From a virus (Duplodnaviria; Caudoviricetes): a stretch of DNA of 64,000 nt. Below the pieces are notes generated by a model. It was not told the origin of the DNA, did not search any database, and saw nothing but the letters and a program-made list of their open reading frames with translations. The stretch lies in IMG/VR virus record IMGVR_UViG_3300027805_000006, one strand, 5' to 3'. Position numbers and translations under genes: made by a program. Below are positions 63,162 to 64,000 of the stretch, piece by piece (within the stretch, counting starts at the first letter, position 1; every line of letters begins with the position of its first letter).

Positions 63162-64000
63162 ATGTCCACTAAAAATCTATTCGGTTCCATTATAAACTAC
63201 GGTGATACCCTCCCATCTTCGACGACAACTCCAGATGGAGCCATGTTCTTCAAGACTGGAACCGCGCCAGGATTTTACATCTTCTCCTACAGAGATGTTT
63301 CTGCTGATCCCGGAAATCAACTAGCATCGGGCTGGCAACTTCTAATATCTTCTGGTAGTGGTCTTGATGCAAATACGCTTGATGGTTTAGATAGCACTGC
63401 CTTTCAACTAGTTGACCCTACTCTTAATGCATTGGCTGCATTTAATTCAAATGGGCTTTTGGTTCAAACAGCCGCCGATACCTTCACAAGTAGGTCAATT
63501 GCCGCTAGTGGCACAGGTCTGTCAGTATTAAATTCCAATGGAGTTTCTGGAAATCCTGAAGTTGTTTTGAACATCGATACTGCTATGGGTGGATTTACTG
63601 GCCCATTATCAGTGTCTAAAGGTGGTACCGGAAGCACATCTGTTGCAATACAGGGTGGAGTTGTTTATGGTGTAAATGGAACGCAACTTGGTTCTTCTGC
63701 TGCTGGCTCAGCATCGAGTGGTTCTGGAACAAGTCAGGTATGGCAAGTTCTTTCTTCAAATGGATCGTCTGCACCAACGTGGTTAAATGCTACTAGTCTA
63801 AATGTATCATACGCTGCCAATGCCAATTATGCAACTACAGCAGGCAGCGCAACTACAGCAGGCAGCGCAACTACTGCGGGTTCGGCAAATTATGCAACTA
63901 CAGCAGGCAGCGCAACTACTGCAGGCAGCGCAACTACAGCAGGCAGCGCAAATTATGCAACTACAGCAGGCAGCGCAACTACAGCAGACAGCGCAACTAC
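63162..64000 (+). CDS. tail-fibre-like protein, truncated by the window end (not in track)
   Basis: Own translation MSTKNLFGS...GLDANTLDGLDSTAFQ..D.TL.ALA...NG..GNP; open to 64000. Confidence 0.8.
   Translation, partial: MSTKNLFGSIINYGDTLPSSTTTPDGAMFFKTGTAPGFYIFSYRDVSADPGNQLASGWQLLISSGSGLDANTLDGLDSTAFQLVDPTLNALAAFNSNGLLVQTAADTFTSRSIAASGTGLSVLNSNGVSGNPEVVLNIDTAMGGFTGPLSVSKGGTGSTSVAIQGGVVYGVNGTQLGSSAAGSASSGSGTSQVWQVLSSNGSSAPTWLNATSLNVSYAANANYATTAGSATTAGSATTAGSANYATTAGSATTAGSATTAGSANYATTAGSATTADSAT
63825..64000 (+). repeat. hierarchical tandem repeat: 18-bp units within 63-bp units
   Basis: AATTAT+(GCAACTACAGCAGGCAGC)x3+GCA encoding NY(ATTAGS)3A. Confidence 0.9.

Noticed and set aside
63825-64000. 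Ice-nucleation protein repeat
   Set aside because: The unit is a hexapeptide ATTAGS, not the InaZ AGYGSTxT octapeptide, and the gene has tail-fibre motifs.
1-64000. Stop-codon reassignment as in some jumbo phages
   Set aside because: Conserved enzymes are full length in the standard code, and TAA, TGA and TAG all close genes at expected positions.

Overview
64-kb segment of a large lytic T4-like (jumbo) dsDNA phage, standard genetic code, mostly minus-strand genes, with no tRNA, CRISPR array or integrase recognised. Layout: (1) 0.5-5.9 kb plus-strand late operon with a tandem-AAA (MoxR-like) ATPase and a HExxH/VWA partner; (2) 6-28 kb early accessory region of tiny ORFs driven by GT(G/T)TAC-N17/18-TAnAAT promoters and dominated by about 17 paralogous MNER...FAELIV.EC...HFGVEE mini-genes that share DNA-level junctions and include one perfect chimera; (3) 28-48 kb late region with phoH, clpP, an HNH gene, RNA ligase 1, tail-fibre-like proteins and putative packaged proteins behind NTAAATA promoters; (4) 49-63 kb replication and nucleotide module with thyA, dnaJ, topoisomerase II, two nucleotide kinases, UDP-galactopyranose mutase, a GT-B glycosyltransferase-like gene, an AAA ATPase, a DinG-like helicase and a second thymidylate-synthase-fold gene carrying the dCMP-type Asp; (5) start of another tail-fibre-like gene truncated at the window end. 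Best candidates for new biology: a possible furanose-sugar (Galf/Araf) cytosine hypermodification pathway, and a recombination-shuffled, self-translating mini-gene cassette array. All family assignments come from motif recognition by eye; no database search was run.
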